The notes beneath the pieces were generated by a model. The model saw only the letters and a program-made list of their open reading frames with translations. It was not told where the DNA came from and ran no database searches. This document shows positions 1 through 12,094 of a stretch of DNA of 64,000 nucleotides, piece by piece (within the stretch, counting starts at the first letter, position 1; every line of letters starts with the position of its first letter). The stretch spans positions 89,556 to 153,555 of the forward strand of contig CAWFSB010000003.1 of the NCBI GenBank assembly GCA_963818355.1, in the 5' to 3' direction. Position numbers and translations under genes: made by a program. The stretch comes from an uncultured Acidobacteriota bacterium. GTDB lineage: Bacteria; Acidobacteriota; Vicinamibacteria; Fen-336.

Positions 1-1
1 G

Positions 2-718
2 GTAGTTCTTCCGGCCGAAGAGGTTGATCTTGAGGGCGTGGCGGATGACGCCGCCGGGCACGAGCTCCCCCACCCGCACCGTCCCCCCGATGGAGGACAT
101 GCCGGAGGCGCCGTGGGCGCCGGCGATCCCCGCCCCGATCCCGATGTTCTCGTCCGGGAATCGGTACTGGCTGGTCACCGTGCCGCCCTTGCCGCAGACG
201 TGGAAGGGCTGGGTCTGCCGGATCGTCTGGCCGTCGGGCATCAGGATGGCCGCCGACATGTTGGGGGTCGTGCCGAGGTAGCCGGGGTCGGTCGTGAAGT
301 CGGCGGGAACGGGGACGCCGTCGGGGTAGACCGCCTGACCGGTCTTCAGCGAGCCGCAGCGGGTCTTTCCGGAATCCCAGCCGGCGTCGTTCACGACCAC
401 CGGCTTGAGCGGCGCGTCGGCGCGCTGCACGATGACGTCCTCGTCCACGGTCATGCCCATGGCCGTCGCGACCGCGATGCCGGCCGGGACGTAGCGGGCC
501 CCGGAGCCGATGGGCACGTTCCAGATGCTGTCGCTCGCGAACGGCCACTTGTACTTGTTGCGCAGGCCGTTCGCGAGAAGCGGCGTCTGCGGGTAGGGCG
601 CGCCCGCGGAGGCGGTCGGCTGCGGCGTCGGCGTCGTCCCCGAGTCGCCCCCGCCCCCGCCCCCGCACGCGGGCGACGCGAGGCCGAGCGCCAGGGCCAG
701 GAGGAAGCGAAGCGTCAC
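2..718 (-). CDS. Exported lipoprotein of unknown function (C-terminal part lies outside the window)
   Basis: The reverse frame is open from the window edge to GTG (716-718). The N-terminus VTLRFLLALALGLASPAC-GGGGGGDSGTTPTPQPT reads as signal peptide, lipobox Cys and a Gly/Thr/Pro linker. It is followed by ordinary globular composition (KYKWPFASDSIWNVPIGSG...). It is missing from the ORF track because no stop lies inside the window. No family recognised. Confidence 0.55.
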   Translation of the reverse strand, partial: MTLRFLLALALGLASPACGGGGGGDSGTTPTPQPTASAGAPYPQTPLLANGLRNKYKWPFASDSIWNVPIGSGARYVPAGIAVATAMGMTVDEDVIVQRADAPLKPVVVNDAGWDSGKTRCGSLKTGQAVYPDGVPVPADFTTDPGYLGTTPNMSAAILMPDGQTIRQTQPFHVCGKGGTVTSQYRFPDENIGIGAGIAGAHGASGMSSIGGTVRVGELVPGGVIRHALKINLFGRKNY

Positions 719-772
719 GGCTGGATCTCCGGCGGGAAGCCCGACTTCCCGTCGAGCCTCCCGGACCGACCG

Positions 773-778
773 ATTCTA
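773..778 (-). promoter_or_regulatory. -10-like hexamer TAGAAT (reverse strand) upstream of the lipoprotein gene
   Basis: cTTAGAATCg on the reverse strand, ~55 nt before GTG 718. The same GATTCTAAG 9-mer recurs at 12048-12056. Confidence 0.3.
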
Positions 779-868
779 AGGGCGGCCCTCGGGAAGCGAA
801 ATGAGGCGATTGCCCTATCGGGCTACCATAGGCTTTTCGCACCTGAACCTGACGCCGCAAAGGGGACC

Positions 869-2674
869 ATGGACCACATCCGGAACTTCTGCATCATCGC
901 CCACATCGATCACGGCAAGTCGACGCTCGCCGACCGCCTCATCCAGCGCTGCGGGGCGGTGGAGGCGCGGGAGTTCCGCGACCAGATCCTCGACTCCATG
1001 GACCTCGAGCGCGAACGCGGGATCACGATCAAGGCCAACACGGTCAGCCTGCCCTACACCGCGAAGGACGGGAGGACCTACGAGCTCAACCTGATCGACA
1101 CCCCCGGGCACGTCGACTTCTCGCACGAGGTGCGCCGCTCGCTGATGAGCTGCGAGGGCGCCCTCCTGGTGGTCGACGCCTCGCAGGGCGTCGAGGCGCA
1201 GACCGTCGCGAACCTGTACCTCGCCCTGGAGTTCGGGCTCGAGGTGGTGCCGGTCATCAACAAGATCGACCTCCCGTCCGCCGACGTCGATCGGGTGATG
1301 GAGGAGATCGACCGCGACCTCGGGCTCGACCCGTTCGCGTCGATCCAGGTCTCGGCCAAGCTCGGCACGGGCATCGACGAGCTGCTGGAGGCGATCGTCC
1401 AGCACCTGCCCCCGCCCAAGGGCGACCCGGCGGCGCCGCTGCGAGCGCTGCTCTTCGACGCCCAGTACGACGCCTACCGCGGCGCCGTCCTGCAGGTGCG
1501 CCTCTTCGACGGCGCCCTGCGCGCCGGCACCCGGGTCCGCTTCATGCACTCGGGCCAGGAGCACAAGGTCGAGGAAGTGGGCTACCAGCGCCTGAAGCAC
1601 GTCCCCGCCCCCGGGCTGTCCGCGGGGGAGGTGGGCTACGTGCTCGCCGGAGTGAAGAGCCTCTCGGGCCTCGCCATCGGAGACACGCTCACGGAGGCCG
1701 AGCGCCCCGCGGCGGAGCCGATCCCCGGCTACCGCGAGGCGAAGCCGGTGGTCTTCTCCTCCATCTACCCGATGGCCACGGACGACTACGAGGACCTGAC
1801 CAAGGCCCTCGAGAAGCTGAAGCTCAACGACACGTCCCTCATCTACGAGAAGGACAGCTCGGCTGCCCTCGGCTTCGGCTTCCGCTGTGGGTTCCTCGGC
1901 CTCCTCCACCTCGACGTGGTGCAGGAGCGGCTCGAGCGCGAGTACGACCTGTCGCTGATCCTCTCCGCGCCCTCGGTCCGCTACCGGATCGTGATGAGCG
2001 ACGACTCCGAGGTCTGGATCGACAACCCGACCTACTATCCGGACCCCGCCCAGATCAAGGAGGCCTACGAGCCCTACATCAAGGCCACGATCATGACCCC
2101 CGAGCGCTACCTCGGGACGGTGATGGAGCTGTGCCGCGAGCGCCGCGGGGTCGAGACCACCTTCAACTACCTCTCCGCGGGCCGGATGGACGTCGTGAGC
2201 CAGCTGCCCCTGGCCGAGGTCCTCTTCGACTTCTACGACCGCCTGAAGTCGATCACCCAGGGCTACGGGTCGTTCGACTACGAGCTCCTCGACTACCGCC
2301 TGGGCGACATGGTGAAGGTCGACATCCTCGTCAACGGAGAGAAGGTGGACGCCCTCTCGCAGCTCGTCCACCGCGAGTTCTCGCGCCCGCGCGCGCTGCG
2401 TTACTGCGAGCGGCTGGCCAAGACGATCCCCCGCCAGCAGTTCAAGATCGCGATCCAGGGCGCGATCGGGGGCCAGATCATCGCCCGCACCACCATCAAC
2501 CCCTTCCGCAAGGACGTGACCGCCAAGTGCTACGGCGGCGACATCTCCCGGAAGAGGAAGCTCCTCGAGAAGCAGAAGGAGGGGAAGAAGAAGATGAAGA
2601 TGGTGGGGGCGGTGGAGATCCCGCAGGAGGCCTTCGTGTCGGTGCTCCGGACCGAGGACGAGGACGAGGACTAG
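869..2674 (+). CDS. lepA: Translation elongation factor 4 (LepA)
   Basis: 601 aa from ATG 869; the track ORF 38..2674 carries a spurious upstream extension. GTPase motifs AHIDHGKSTL, DTPGHVDF and NKID are present. The C-terminal YGGDISRKRKLLEKQKEGKKKMK is typical of EF4. Confidence 0.95.
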   Translation: MDHIRNFCIIAHIDHGKSTLADRLIQRCGAVEAREFRDQILDSMDLERERGITIKANTVSLPYTAKDGRTYELNLIDTPGHVDFSHEVRRSLMSCEGALLVVDASQGVEAQTVANLYLALEFGLEVVPVINKIDLPSADVDRVMEEIDRDLGLDPFASIQVSAKLGTGIDELLEAIVQHLPPPKGDPAAPLRALLFDAQYDAYRGAVLQVRLFDGALRAGTRVRFMHSGQEHKVEEVGYQRLKHVPAPGLSAGEVGYVLAGVKSLSGLAIGDTLTEAERPAAEPIPGYREAKPVVFSSIYPMATDDYEDLTKALEKLKLNDTSLIYEKDSSAALGFGFRCGFLGLLHLDVVQERLEREYDLSLILSAPSVRYRIVMSDDSEVWIDNPTYYPDPAQIKEAYEPYIKATIMTPERYLGTVMELCRERRGVETTFNYLSAGRMDVVSQLPLAEVLFDFYDRLKSITQGYGSFDYELLDYRLGDMVKVDILVNGEKVDALSQLVHREFSRPRALRYCERLAKTIPRQQFKIAIQGAIGGQIIARTTINPFRKDVTAKCYGGDISRKRKLLEKQKEGKKKMKMVGAVEIPQEAFVSVLRTEDEDED

Positions 2675-3354
2675 CGTTCGCCCCGGGGGGCGGCCTTCAC
2701 CGCCACGAAGACCACGTGCTTGCGCCCGCCCGCGCCGGGGCGGGGGGCGACCCGGACGGCGGAGGCGTCGAACCCGCCGCGCTCCAGACGGCGCACGTAG
2801 CGGTCGTCCGGCCCCGTCGCCCAGACCGCGAGCGCGCCGCCTTTCTTCAGGGCTGCGTGGCACGCGACGATGCCGGCGGCGTCGTAGAGGCCCGCGTTCG
2901 CCTCGTGAATGAGCGCGTCGGGCCCGTTGTCCACGTCCAGCAGGATCAGGTCGTAGGCGGCGCGCGCCTCCCGGATGCGCTCCCGCACGTCGCCCACGCG
3001 CACGCTGACGCGCGGGTCCTCCAGCGGCCGCCCGGCCAGGTCGCCCACGTGGACGCGGTTCCACTCCACCACCGAGGCGGACTGCTCGGCCAGCACCACC
3101 TTCCCGCGCGGACCGAGGAGGTCCAGGGTCGCGCGCAGGGAGAACCCGAGCCCGAGCCCCCCGACCAGCACCGTCCTCGCGTGCTTCACCCTCGCGAAGG
3201 CGAGGCGCGCCAGCTCGTCCTCGGAGCCGTGGGCGCGGCTCGACATGAGGACGAGATTGTCGAAGCACACCTCCCACTCGGTGCCCCGCCGCGACAGCGT
3301 GAGCACGGTGCCGTCGGCGGTCCGCACCTCGTCGACCTTGATCCAGGGGAGCAT
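2671..3354 (-). CDS. Spermidine-synthase-like class I SAM-dependent methyltransferase
   Basis: Intact 227-aa ORF. It has VLVGGLGLGFSL (GxGxG SAM loop) and LILLDVDNGP. Its stop overlaps the lepA stop through CTAG (2671-2674). Confidence 0.7.
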   Translation of the reverse strand: MLPWIKVDEVRTADGTVLTLSRRGTEWEVCFDNLVLMSSRAHGSEDELARLAFARVKHARTVLVGGLGLGFSLRATLDLLGPRGKVVLAEQSASVVEWNRVHVGDLAGRPLEDPRVSVRVGDVRERIREARAAYDLILLDVDNGPDALIHEANAGLYDAAGIVACHAALKKGGALAVWATGPDDRYVRRLERGGFDASAVRVAPRPGAGGRKHVVFVAVKAAPRGER

Positions 3355-3377
3355 GCCGCAAGGGTACAGCGGGATGC

Positions 3378-3383
3378 TATGGT
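3378..3383 (+). promoter_or_regulatory. -10-like hexamer TATGGT 9 nt before the hemW start
   Basis: It matches TANNNT and there is no Shine-Dalgarno between it and the ATG, suggesting a leaderless or near-leaderless mRNA. Confidence 0.3.
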
Positions 3384-3392
3384 CACGGCGAG

Positions 3393-4588
3393 ATGGCGGC
3401 GCCCGGGCTCTACCTCCACGTCCCGTTCTGCTCGGCGATCTGCCCGTACTGCGACTTCTCGGTGTTGAAGGCCGGCGTCGCCGCCCGCAAGCGCTTCGTC
3501 GAGCACCTGGTGGCCGAGGTGCCTCTCGCCGCGCGCGAGTGGGTGGACGCGCGGCCCTTCGACACGGTGTACTTCGGCGGCGGGACGCCTTCGCAGCTGC
3601 CGCCCGAGGACCTCGCGCGGGTCGTCGCCGCCTGCCGCGAGAACCTGTCGATCGAGCCCGACGCCTGGGTCTTCCTCGAGGTCAATCCCGAGGACGTGAC
3701 GCCCGACGCCTGCGCCGCGTGGCGGGGCCTGGGTGTGCGCACTCTCTCGCTCGGCGTCCAGGCGTTCTCCGACGACGCGCTCCGCTTCCTCGGCCGCCGC
3801 CACCGCGCGGAGCAGGCGCGGGCCGCGGTCGAGACCGCGCAGGCCGCAGGCTTCGACACCGTCTCGGTCGACCTCATCTTCGGCCTGCCCGGCCAGTCGC
3901 CGGAGGCGTGGCGGCGCGAGCTGGCGACGGCCGCCGCGCTCGAGCCGGGCCACGTCTCCTGCTATCAGCTCACGATCCACGCGCGCACGCGCTTCGGCGT
4001 CGCCGCGAAGCGCGGCCAGCTGTCCGAGATGCCCGAGGGCGAGCAGGCCGCTCTCTTCGAGATCACGCACCGCGTCCTCGCCGACGCGGGCTACTCCGCG
4101 TACGAGGTCTCCAACTTCGCTCGCGGCCGCGACCACGAGTCGCGCCACAACCGGAAGTACTGGGACCACACGCCGTACCTCGGGCTCGGCCCCTCGGCCC
4201 ACTCGTTCGCCCCCTCCGAAGCGGGCGCTCCGTCCGGCCGCCGCTGGTGGAACGAGCTGCGCACCCCGCGCTGGGAGAGCCGCGTGGCAGCGGGCGAGCG
4301 GCCGGTCGAGGCCGAGGAGTCCCTCGGCCCGAAGGCACTGGCGACCGAGGCGGTGATGCTGGGCCTGCGCACCACGGCCGGGATCGACCTCGACGCCTTC
4401 ACGTCGCGCTACGGGGTCGACCTGCTGGCCGCGAACGCCGCCCTCGTCGCGCGCCTCGTGGCCGAGGGCCACCTCGTCGTGCACGCCGGCCCGGACGGTG
4501 GCCAGGCGGCTGGCGCCGACCGCGACCGGACTGGCGGTCGCCGACGGCATGGCCGCCGCGTTCGACGATCCCGCTCTAGAAGAAGGAG

Positions 4589-4604
<16 letters not shown>
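3393..4604 (+). CDS. hemW: Radical SAM heme chaperone HemW (HemN-like)
   Basis: YLHVPFCSAICPYCDF is the radical-SAM CxxxCxxC motif, followed by a HemN-like body. The last ~35 codons of the track ORF look out of frame. The +1 frame reads RLAPTATGLAVADGMAAAF, a HemW-like C-terminus. A further +1 step reaches TAG 4575-4577, just before GAAGGAGG and the next start, so the true end is probably ~4577 (two inferred insertions at ~4497 and ~4565). Confidence 0.85.
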
Positions 4605-5794
<1,190 letters not shown>

Positions 5795-5820
5795 GCCGCG
5801 GCATCGTCAGGCGGACGGCG

Positions 5821-5826
5821 TAGAAT
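5821..5826 (+). promoter_or_regulatory. -10-like hexamer TAGAAT(CC) 12 nt before the sulfatase start
   Basis: One of three forward copies of TAGAATCC (5821, 44090, 54418), each just upstream of a gene start. Confidence 0.35.
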
Positions 5827-5838
5827 CCCGTCGGGACG

Positions 5839-7335
5839 ATGGCGAGAAAGACGACGCGGCTCACGCTGTGCTTCTGCGCGGTGGCGCTGTCCCCTGTCAC
5901 CCCTTCGCTCCCGGCAGACGGAGGCGCCCCGGATCGGCCCAACCTCCTCTTCATCCTCACCGACGACCAGCGAGCCGACACGATCGGCGCCCACGGCAAC
6001 CCCTACGTGGAGACGCCCTCCCTGGACCGGCTCGCGCGCCGCGGCTTCGCCTTCCGCGAGGCGCACATCATGGGCGCGAACCAGGGGGCCGTCTGCGCCC
6101 CGAGCCGGGCCATGCTGATGAGCGGGCGGACGCTCTTCCGCGTCTACGATTCGCTCGACGGCGTGCCGACCTTCCCGGAGGTGATGCGGCAGGCTGGGTA
6201 CGAGACCTTCGTGACCGGCAAGTGGCACCAGAGCGAGTCATCCCTCGCCCGGAGCTTCGCCCGGGGTCGACACGTGTTCCTCGGCGGAATGAGCGATCAC
6301 GACGCCGTCCCCGTTCGCGACCTCCGGCCGGACGGAAGCCTGGGCGAGCCCCGCCGGCTGGGCTTCTCGACGGACTTGTTCGCGGACGCCGCGATCGAGT
6401 TCATCCGCGGCCAGGCCGCCAGGAAGGACGGGGCGCCCTTCCTCGCGTACGTGGCGTTCACGGCGCCACACGACCCGCGGACCGCGCCCGAGCCGTACCG
6501 CTCGCGCTACCGCGGGGCCGAGATGCCGCTGCCGCCCGACTTCCAGCCCGTGCACCCGTTCGACAACGGCTGGATGACGGTGCGCGACGAGCAGCTCGCC
6601 GCGTGGCCCCGCGCGCCGGAGACGATCCGCGAGCAGCGGGCCGAGTACTACGGCCTCGTCAGCCACCTCGACGCCCGCATCGGCGACGTCCTCGAAGCGC
6701 TCGACGACACCGGCCTCTCGAGGAGGACGATCGTCGTCTTCGCGAGCGACAACGGCCTCGCGCTCGGGTCCCACGGCCTGCTGGGCAAGCAGAGCCTGTA
6801 CGAGCACAGCACCCGCGTCCCGCTCATCATCGCCGGGCCGGGGCTGCCGGTCGGCGAGAGCCGGGCGCTCGTGGCCCTGTTCGATCTCTTCCCCACCGTC
6901 GCGAGGCTGTGCAGGTTGGCCACGCCGGCCGGTGTCGAGGGGGTGGACCTCGGCCCGCTCTGGCGCGGCGAGGTCCAATCCGTCCGCGAGGCGCTCTACA
7001 CCGCGTTCGACGACACCCAGAGGGGCGTGCGCGACGGGCGCTTCAAGCTGATCGTCTACCCGAAGATCGGCTACGAGCAGCTCTTCGATCTCCAGGGGGA
7101 CCCCTTCGAGCTCCGCAACCTCTCGGGCGACCCCGCCCACGCCCAGACCCGCGCGCGGCTGCGGGCCCGGATGGAGGAAGAGCACGCGGCCCTGGGCGAT
7201 CCGCACCCGCTCTCGGTCGAGCCGAGGGCGCCGATGGGTTTCGACTACCGGGCGGTGGAACGACGTCCGGACGAGCACCAGCCGGCGTGGGTGATCGAGA
7301 AGTACTTCGGGCACCCCCGTCCGGCGAAGCGGTAG
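5839..7335 (+). CDS. Arylsulfatase A family sulfatase (formylglycine-dependent)
   Basis: Intact 498-aa ORF with a signal peptide. It has LLFILTDDQRAD and the C-x-P-x-R motif CAPSRAMLMSGR. Confidence 0.9.
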   Translation: MARKTTRLTLCFCAVALSPVTPSLPADGGAPDRPNLLFILTDDQRADTIGAHGNPYVETPSLDRLARRGFAFREAHIMGANQGAVCAPSRAMLMSGRTLFRVYDSLDGVPTFPEVMRQAGYETFVTGKWHQSESSLARSFARGRHVFLGGMSDHDAVPVRDLRPDGSLGEPRRLGFSTDLFADAAIEFIRGQAARKDGAPFLAYVAFTAPHDPRTAPEPYRSRYRGAEMPLPPDFQPVHPFDNGWMTVRDEQLAAWPRAPETIREQRAEYYGLVSHLDARIGDVLEALDDTGLSRRTIVVFASDNGLALGSHGLLGKQSLYEHSTRVPLIIAGPGLPVGESRALVALFDLFPTVARLCRLATPAGVEGVDLGPLWRGEVQSVREALYTAFDDTQRGVRDGRFKLIVYPKIGYEQLFDLQGDPFELRNLSGDPAHAQTRARLRARMEEEHAALGDPHPLSVEPRAPMGFDYRAVERRPDEHQPAWVIEKYFGHPRPAKR

Positions 7336-7486
7336 CGACGGAGCCGGGCCGCTCGGCTCGCATGGCTTCCCCTCTCTCTTGCGCCGAAGGTGGAGCGCCG
7401 ACCTGTGGTAGCGTTTTCCCCTCCAGCGGGCGCCGGATGCCCCCGCCGCTCGCCAAGGCATCCCCATTGAGGTCGCGAGAGAAGAC

Positions 7487-8813
7487 ATGAACCCATCCCG
7501 GAGAAACGTCATCAAGGCCGTCGCCGGCATGCCCTTCATCCTGCCCTCGCGGATCTGGGCGGCCCAGACCCCGCCGAGCGACCGTCTCGGAGTCGGCTTC
7601 ATCGGCATGGGCATCCAGTCGCGGGGGCTGCTCAACTCCTTCCTGCACGAGGACGTCCAGGTCGTCGCGGTCTGCGACGTGGACACGACACGGCGCGAGG
7701 CCGCCCGGAAGAGGGTGGACGAGCACTACGCGGCCCTTCCCGCGTCCGGCCTGCCCGGGCTGTGCGGCCTACAACGACTTCCGCGAGCTCCTCGCCCGCA
7801 AGGACGTCGACGCGGTGTGCATCGCCACCCCGGATCACTGGCACGCCATCATCACGCTCGCCGCCCTGCGGGCGGGCAAGGACGTCTACTGCGAGAAGCC
7901 CCTCACCCACAACATCCACGAGGCCCTCGAGGTGATGAAGGCCGTGGACGCCAACGGCCGGGTGCTGCAGACCGGCTCGATGCAGCGCTCCATGAAGGAG
8001 TTCCGCGTGGCCTGCGAGCTGGTGCGCAACGGCGCCATCGGCAAGGTGGAGCGCATCCTGTGCAGCTTCGGCGATCCGCCCGTGCCCTGCGACCTGCCGG
8101 AAGAGCCGATGGAGTTCGGGCTCGACTGGGACATGTGGCTCGGGCCGGCCCCGAAGCGCGCCTACAGCTCCGTGCTCAGCCCGCGCGGCCTGCACGACCA
8201 CTTCCCGGACTGGCGCCTCTACCGCGAGTATCGGCGGCGGGATGGTGACCGACTGGGGCGCGCACCATCTCGACATCGCGCAGTGGGGGCTCGGCATGGA
8301 CGCGAGCGGCCCGGTCGAGGTGCGTCCGCCGGAGCAGAAGGACGCGAAGCGCGGGGCCATGCTGGTCTACGCGGACGGGGTGACGGTGACGCACGAGGAC
8401 GGCTTCGGGGTGGACTTCCTCGGCTCGGAGGGGCGCGTGCAGGTCAACCGGGGCCGCTTCACCTTCACCCGCGAGGGCCGGCGCGATCGCCTGGTTCACC
8501 GAGCGCGAGGACGGCACCTCCTGCGAGGGCGAGGTGGCCAGGGCGGAGAAGGAGTTCCTGAAGGACGCGAAGGTCCGGCTCGAGGTCAGCACGGACCACG
8601 TCGCCAACTTCCTGGAGCGGGTGAAAGACCGCGGGAAGCCCATCACCAACGAGCAGGTCGGGGGCCGCACGGTCATCTGCTGCCACCTGATGAACCTGGC
8701 CTACGAGCAACCACGCCCGGATCCTCTGGGACCCTGCCGCGTGCGCCTTCGCCGGAGGCACGGGCGATCCCGCGTGGCTGACCCGCGACTACCGCGCGCC
8801 CTGGAGCGTCTGA
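7487..8813 (+). CDS. TAT-exported Gfo/Idh/MocA family oxidoreductase (frameshifted in this assembly)
   Basis: Rebuilt from track ORFs 7487.., 7815.., 8242.., 8534.. plus a last piece ending at TGA 8811-8813. Each junction is a +1 frame step (~7750, ~8232, ~8480, ~8708). It has a twin-arginine signal (SRRNVIK), a Rossmann start (LGVGFIGMGIQS), IATPDHWH, YCEKPL and DWGAHHLD. Confidence 0.8.
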
Positions 8814-8827
8814 GGGGCTTCCGACCG

Positions 8828-10837
8828 GTGTCGAGACCTCGCGGGGCTCTCGCCGTGCGGGCGTTGATGCCCGCGGCCGTCCTCTGGTCCTCGCTCGCCG
8901 GCGCGGCCGATGCGCCGCTGGTCACACGGTCACCGAGCGGCCGCGTGAGCGTCGAGGTGTCCGCGGCGGCCGACGGAGCCGGCCTCGCCTACTCCGTCAC
9001 GCTCGGCGGCCGGGCGGTGATCGAGGCCTCGCGGCTCTCTCTCGTGCTCGACGACGGCGCCCCGCCGCCGCTCTCTCGATCGTGGGCCACCGTCGCTCGC
9101 GTCGGGCCGCCGACTGGAAGCCGCTCTACGGCGAGCGGGCGGTCGTCCCCGACCGCTTCGAGGCCCTGACCGTCGACCTGGCCGCGCCCGGGCCGCGCGA
9201 GCGCCGCCTCTCGATCGAGCTGCGGGCGTACGACGAGGGCGTCGCGTTCCGCTACTCGTTCCCGAAGGACGCCGCGCCGGCCACGATCCGCGAGGAGCGC
9301 TCCGAGCTCCGCTTCGCGCGCGGCAGCGTCGCCTGGCCCATCTACTGGGCCGAGGAGACGTTCCCGACCGAGCCGGTCCCGCTCGACCGGCTGAAGCCCG
9401 GCGCCCACACGCCGCTCACCGTGCGCACGCCGGCGGGCTTCGCCTCCGTCCTCGACGCGGACGTCGCCGACTACCCGCGGATGCGCCTCGACCCGGCCGC
9501 GGACGGGGGCGCTCGTGACGCGGCTCCTCGGGCCGGCGGCCACGAAGCCCGGCTTCGTCACGCCGTGGCGCGTCGTCCTCCTCGGGGCGGACGAGGGGCG
9601 CCTCGTCGAGAACGAGCACCTCGTGCCGACGCTCAACCCGCCGTGCGCGATCGCCGACACGAGCTGGATCCGCCCCGGCAAGACCATCAGCAACGAGGGC
9701 TCGGCGCCGCTCGAGACCGGCGCGCTCGAGCGCGTCGTCGACTTCGCGGCCGACAACGCCTTCCGCTACCTGCAGCTCGACTGGGGCTGGTACGGGACCG
9801 AGTGGACGTGGACGGACGCCGATCGCGACGCGTTCCGCAAGAAGGTGCCGGCCTACGCGTCGCGCACGGACTGGGTGCCGAACACGTTCGCCGACCCGTC
9901 GAAGGTCGGCCGCGGGCCGGTGCCCTACCGGCCGGACTGGGAGATGGTGACGGACGTCGACCTCGACCTCCCCGCGCTCGTCCGCCACGGGAAGGAGCGG
10001 AGCGTCGGCGTCGCGCTGTACGTCGAGGCCGAGCACACGCTGCGCGGGGTGGCCGACCTCGACCGCCTCTTCGCGACCTACCAGGAGTGGGGCGTCGCGG
10101 GCCTCAAGCCCGGCTTCGTCCCCGTCGGCACGCAGGAGGACACGCGGTGGATCCGGCGCCTCGTCGAGACGGCGGCGCGCCACCGCCTGTGGCTGTGCAT
10201 CCACGACGCGCACGTGCCGGACGGGATGGAGCGCACGTGGCCGAACCTCTTCATCAGCGAGGGCGGGGGCGGGCAGGAGGGCAACCACCCCGCCTCGCAC
10301 GACGTGACGCTGCCGTTCACGCGTAACCTCGCCGGCGCCTTCGACTACACGCCCAGGCTGTACACCGAGGGGAAGAGCCACGCGCACATGCTGGCCTTCC
10401 TCGTCGTCTACTACGGCCCGGCGCAGACGTCCGCGGCGGCTACCCGGCGTGGCACGGCGACGGCTCGCCCGGCCGCGGCGGCGACGAGATCGAGTTCCTG
10501 CGGCGCGTGCCGGTCACGTGGGACGAGACGCGCGTCGCTCGACGCGCGGATCGGCAGCCGCGTGGTGGTGGCTCGCCGCCACGGCGAGAGCTGGTTCGTG
10601 GGCGGGATGAGCGGCGCGACGGCCGAGAGCGTGGACCTCGCGCTTTCGTTCCTCCCGCGGGGCCGCGCCTACGCCGCGCGGGTCTGGCGCGACGGGGCGG
10701 CAGAGGGGGCGTGGCGGCCGGCCCGGCGGGAGACGCGGACCGTCTCCGCGACGGACCGGCTGGCCCTCACGATGGAGCCGGCCGGCGGCTTCGTCGCGAT
10801 CCTCGACCCGGCCGCAGGGCGCGAGGCCCAGAAGTAG
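8828..10837 (+). CDS. Glycoside hydrolase family 97-like (alpha-glucosidase/alpha-galactosidase type), frameshifted in this assembly
   Basis: GTG start with signal peptide MSRPRGALAVRALMPAAVLWSSLAGAADA. The pieces lie in the frames of ORFs 8534, 9082, 9515, 10507 and 9515 again. Frame steps are at ~9060 (-1), ~9510 (+1, gggg to ggggg), ~10425 (-1) and ~10540 (+1). TPWRVVLLG and LPFTRNLAGAFDYTP resemble GH97 signatures; the family is assigned from memory. Confidence 0.72.
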
Positions 10838-10843
10838 CTCGCG

Positions 10844-12020
10844 TCAGTCGACCGGCGTGACGCGGAGCATCACGACGTCGTGGCTCTTGGGCTTGCCCTC
10901 GATCGCCCCGTTCTCGAGAGCCACGTCCTTCTTCGCCCAGAGGTCGCGGATCGTCACCTTCTGCGTCGCGGCGAAGCCGATGTCCTCGAGCCGGCAGCGG
11001 ATCGCCATGGTGTCCGTGCCGCGGTTGAGGAGGACGACGGCGCGGCTCCCGTCGGAGAGCGGCTTCATCCAGACCTCGTTGTGGCCGCCGTCGAAGACCC
11101 GGCGCCCCTGGACGCCGAGCGGGTCCTGGTTCACGGCGATGACCTCGCGGTTGAGGAGAATGTCGCGGACCTCGGGGGTCATGGTCGCGATGTCGTTGCC
11201 GGCCATGAGCGGGGCCGCGAGGAGGGCCCAGAGGCTGAAGTGCGCGCGGCTCTCGGCGAGGGTGAGGCCGCCGTTGCCCACCTCCAGCATGTCGGGGTCG
11301 TTCCAGCGGCCCGGGCCCGCGTGGGGATGGAGGTCGGCGACGAGGTCGAGGATGTGGGTGATGCCCATGCCGCCCCACTCCCGGCCGCAGTCCCAGCAGT
11401 CCTGGATGTCGCCGGTCGCCCGCCAGAGGTGGCCGACTCCTGCGGCCCAGGTCCAGGGCTTCGTGCTCCCCCACTCGCAGATCGAGAAGACGATCGGGCG
11501 GCCCGTGGCCCGCAGCGCGCGGCTCATGAGCCCGTACGACTCGCGCGCGTCCTGACCCTCCGTGTGGCACCAGTCGTACTTCAGGTAGTCGACGCCCCAC
11601 TCGGCGTAGCTCTCTCGCGTCGGTCGCCTCGTGGCCCTTGCTGCCGAGGCGCGTGGCGCAGGTGAACTCCCCCGCGTCCGAGTAGAGGCCGAACTTCAGG
11701 CCCTTCGAGTGGACGTAGTCGGCGAGCGCCTTCATCCCCGAGGGAAAGCGCTCCTTGTCGGGCACCATCCGGCCCGCCGCGTCGCGCTCGCCCTGCCAGC
11801 AGTCGTCGACCACGACGTACTCGTAGCCGGCGTCCTTCATGCCGGACGCGACCATGGCGTCCGCGGCGTCGCGGACGACCTTCTCGTTGACGTCGCAGTG
11901 GAACTTGTTCCAGCTGTTCCACCCCATGGGCGGAGTGAGGGCGAGACCGTCGGACGCGGTCGCGGGAGGGACCGCGGCGCTGAGGACGATGGCCACTGCG
12001 AGGGCGACGGGCTTGGGCAT
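10844..12020 (-). CDS. Alpha-galactosidase, GH27 (one frameshift in this assembly)
   Basis: Signal peptide, then TPPMGWNSWNKF, YEYVVVDDCWQ and KFGLYSDAG. After one inserted base at ~11612 it continues YAEWGVDYLKYDWC and ICEWG (track ORFs 10767..12020 and 10844..11527). Confidence 0.85.
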
Positions 12021-12048
12021 GGGTTCGGGGCTCCTTCCGCCGGTGGGG

Positions 12049-12054
12049 ATTCTA
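12049..12054 (-). promoter_or_regulatory. -10-like hexamer TAGAAT (reverse strand) upstream of the GH27 gene
   Basis: It lies 29 nt before ATG 12020, in the 74-bp divergent region shared with the M14 gene. Confidence 0.3.
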
Positions 12055-12083
12055 AGCCCTGGCCCGGCGTCGCGGAGATCGTC

Positions 12084-12089
12084 TATCGT
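12084..12089 (+). promoter_or_regulatory. -10-like hexamer TATCGT 5 nt before the M14 peptidase start
   Basis: It matches TANNNT with no Shine-Dalgarno, which is a leaderless geometry. Confidence 0.3.
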
Positions 12090-12094
12090 GGGGC

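Noticed and set aside
38-868. The long N-terminal extensions of the lepA track ORF (38..868) and of the large hydrolase ORF (50048..50746).
   Set aside because: The extension sequences are compositionally non-coding. The lepA extension overlaps the reverse-strand lipoprotein gene, and the hydrolase extension overlaps the reverse-strand DUF1801 gene. In both cases a start codon at the homologous N-terminus gives a normal N-terminus (a signal peptide preceded by GGAGG for the hydrolase).
815-3361. An 848-aa reverse-strand ORF antisense to lepA, and many similar long ORFs (e.g. 2131..3468, 2975..4579, 3186..4634, 6238..7686, 12083..14023, 51128..54166).
   Set aside because: Their translations are Arg/Ala/Gly/Pro-rich and low in complexity, with no recognisable motifs. 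They overlap genes with clear homology-type signatures. Long spurious ORFs are expected in DNA this GC-rich because stop codons are rare.
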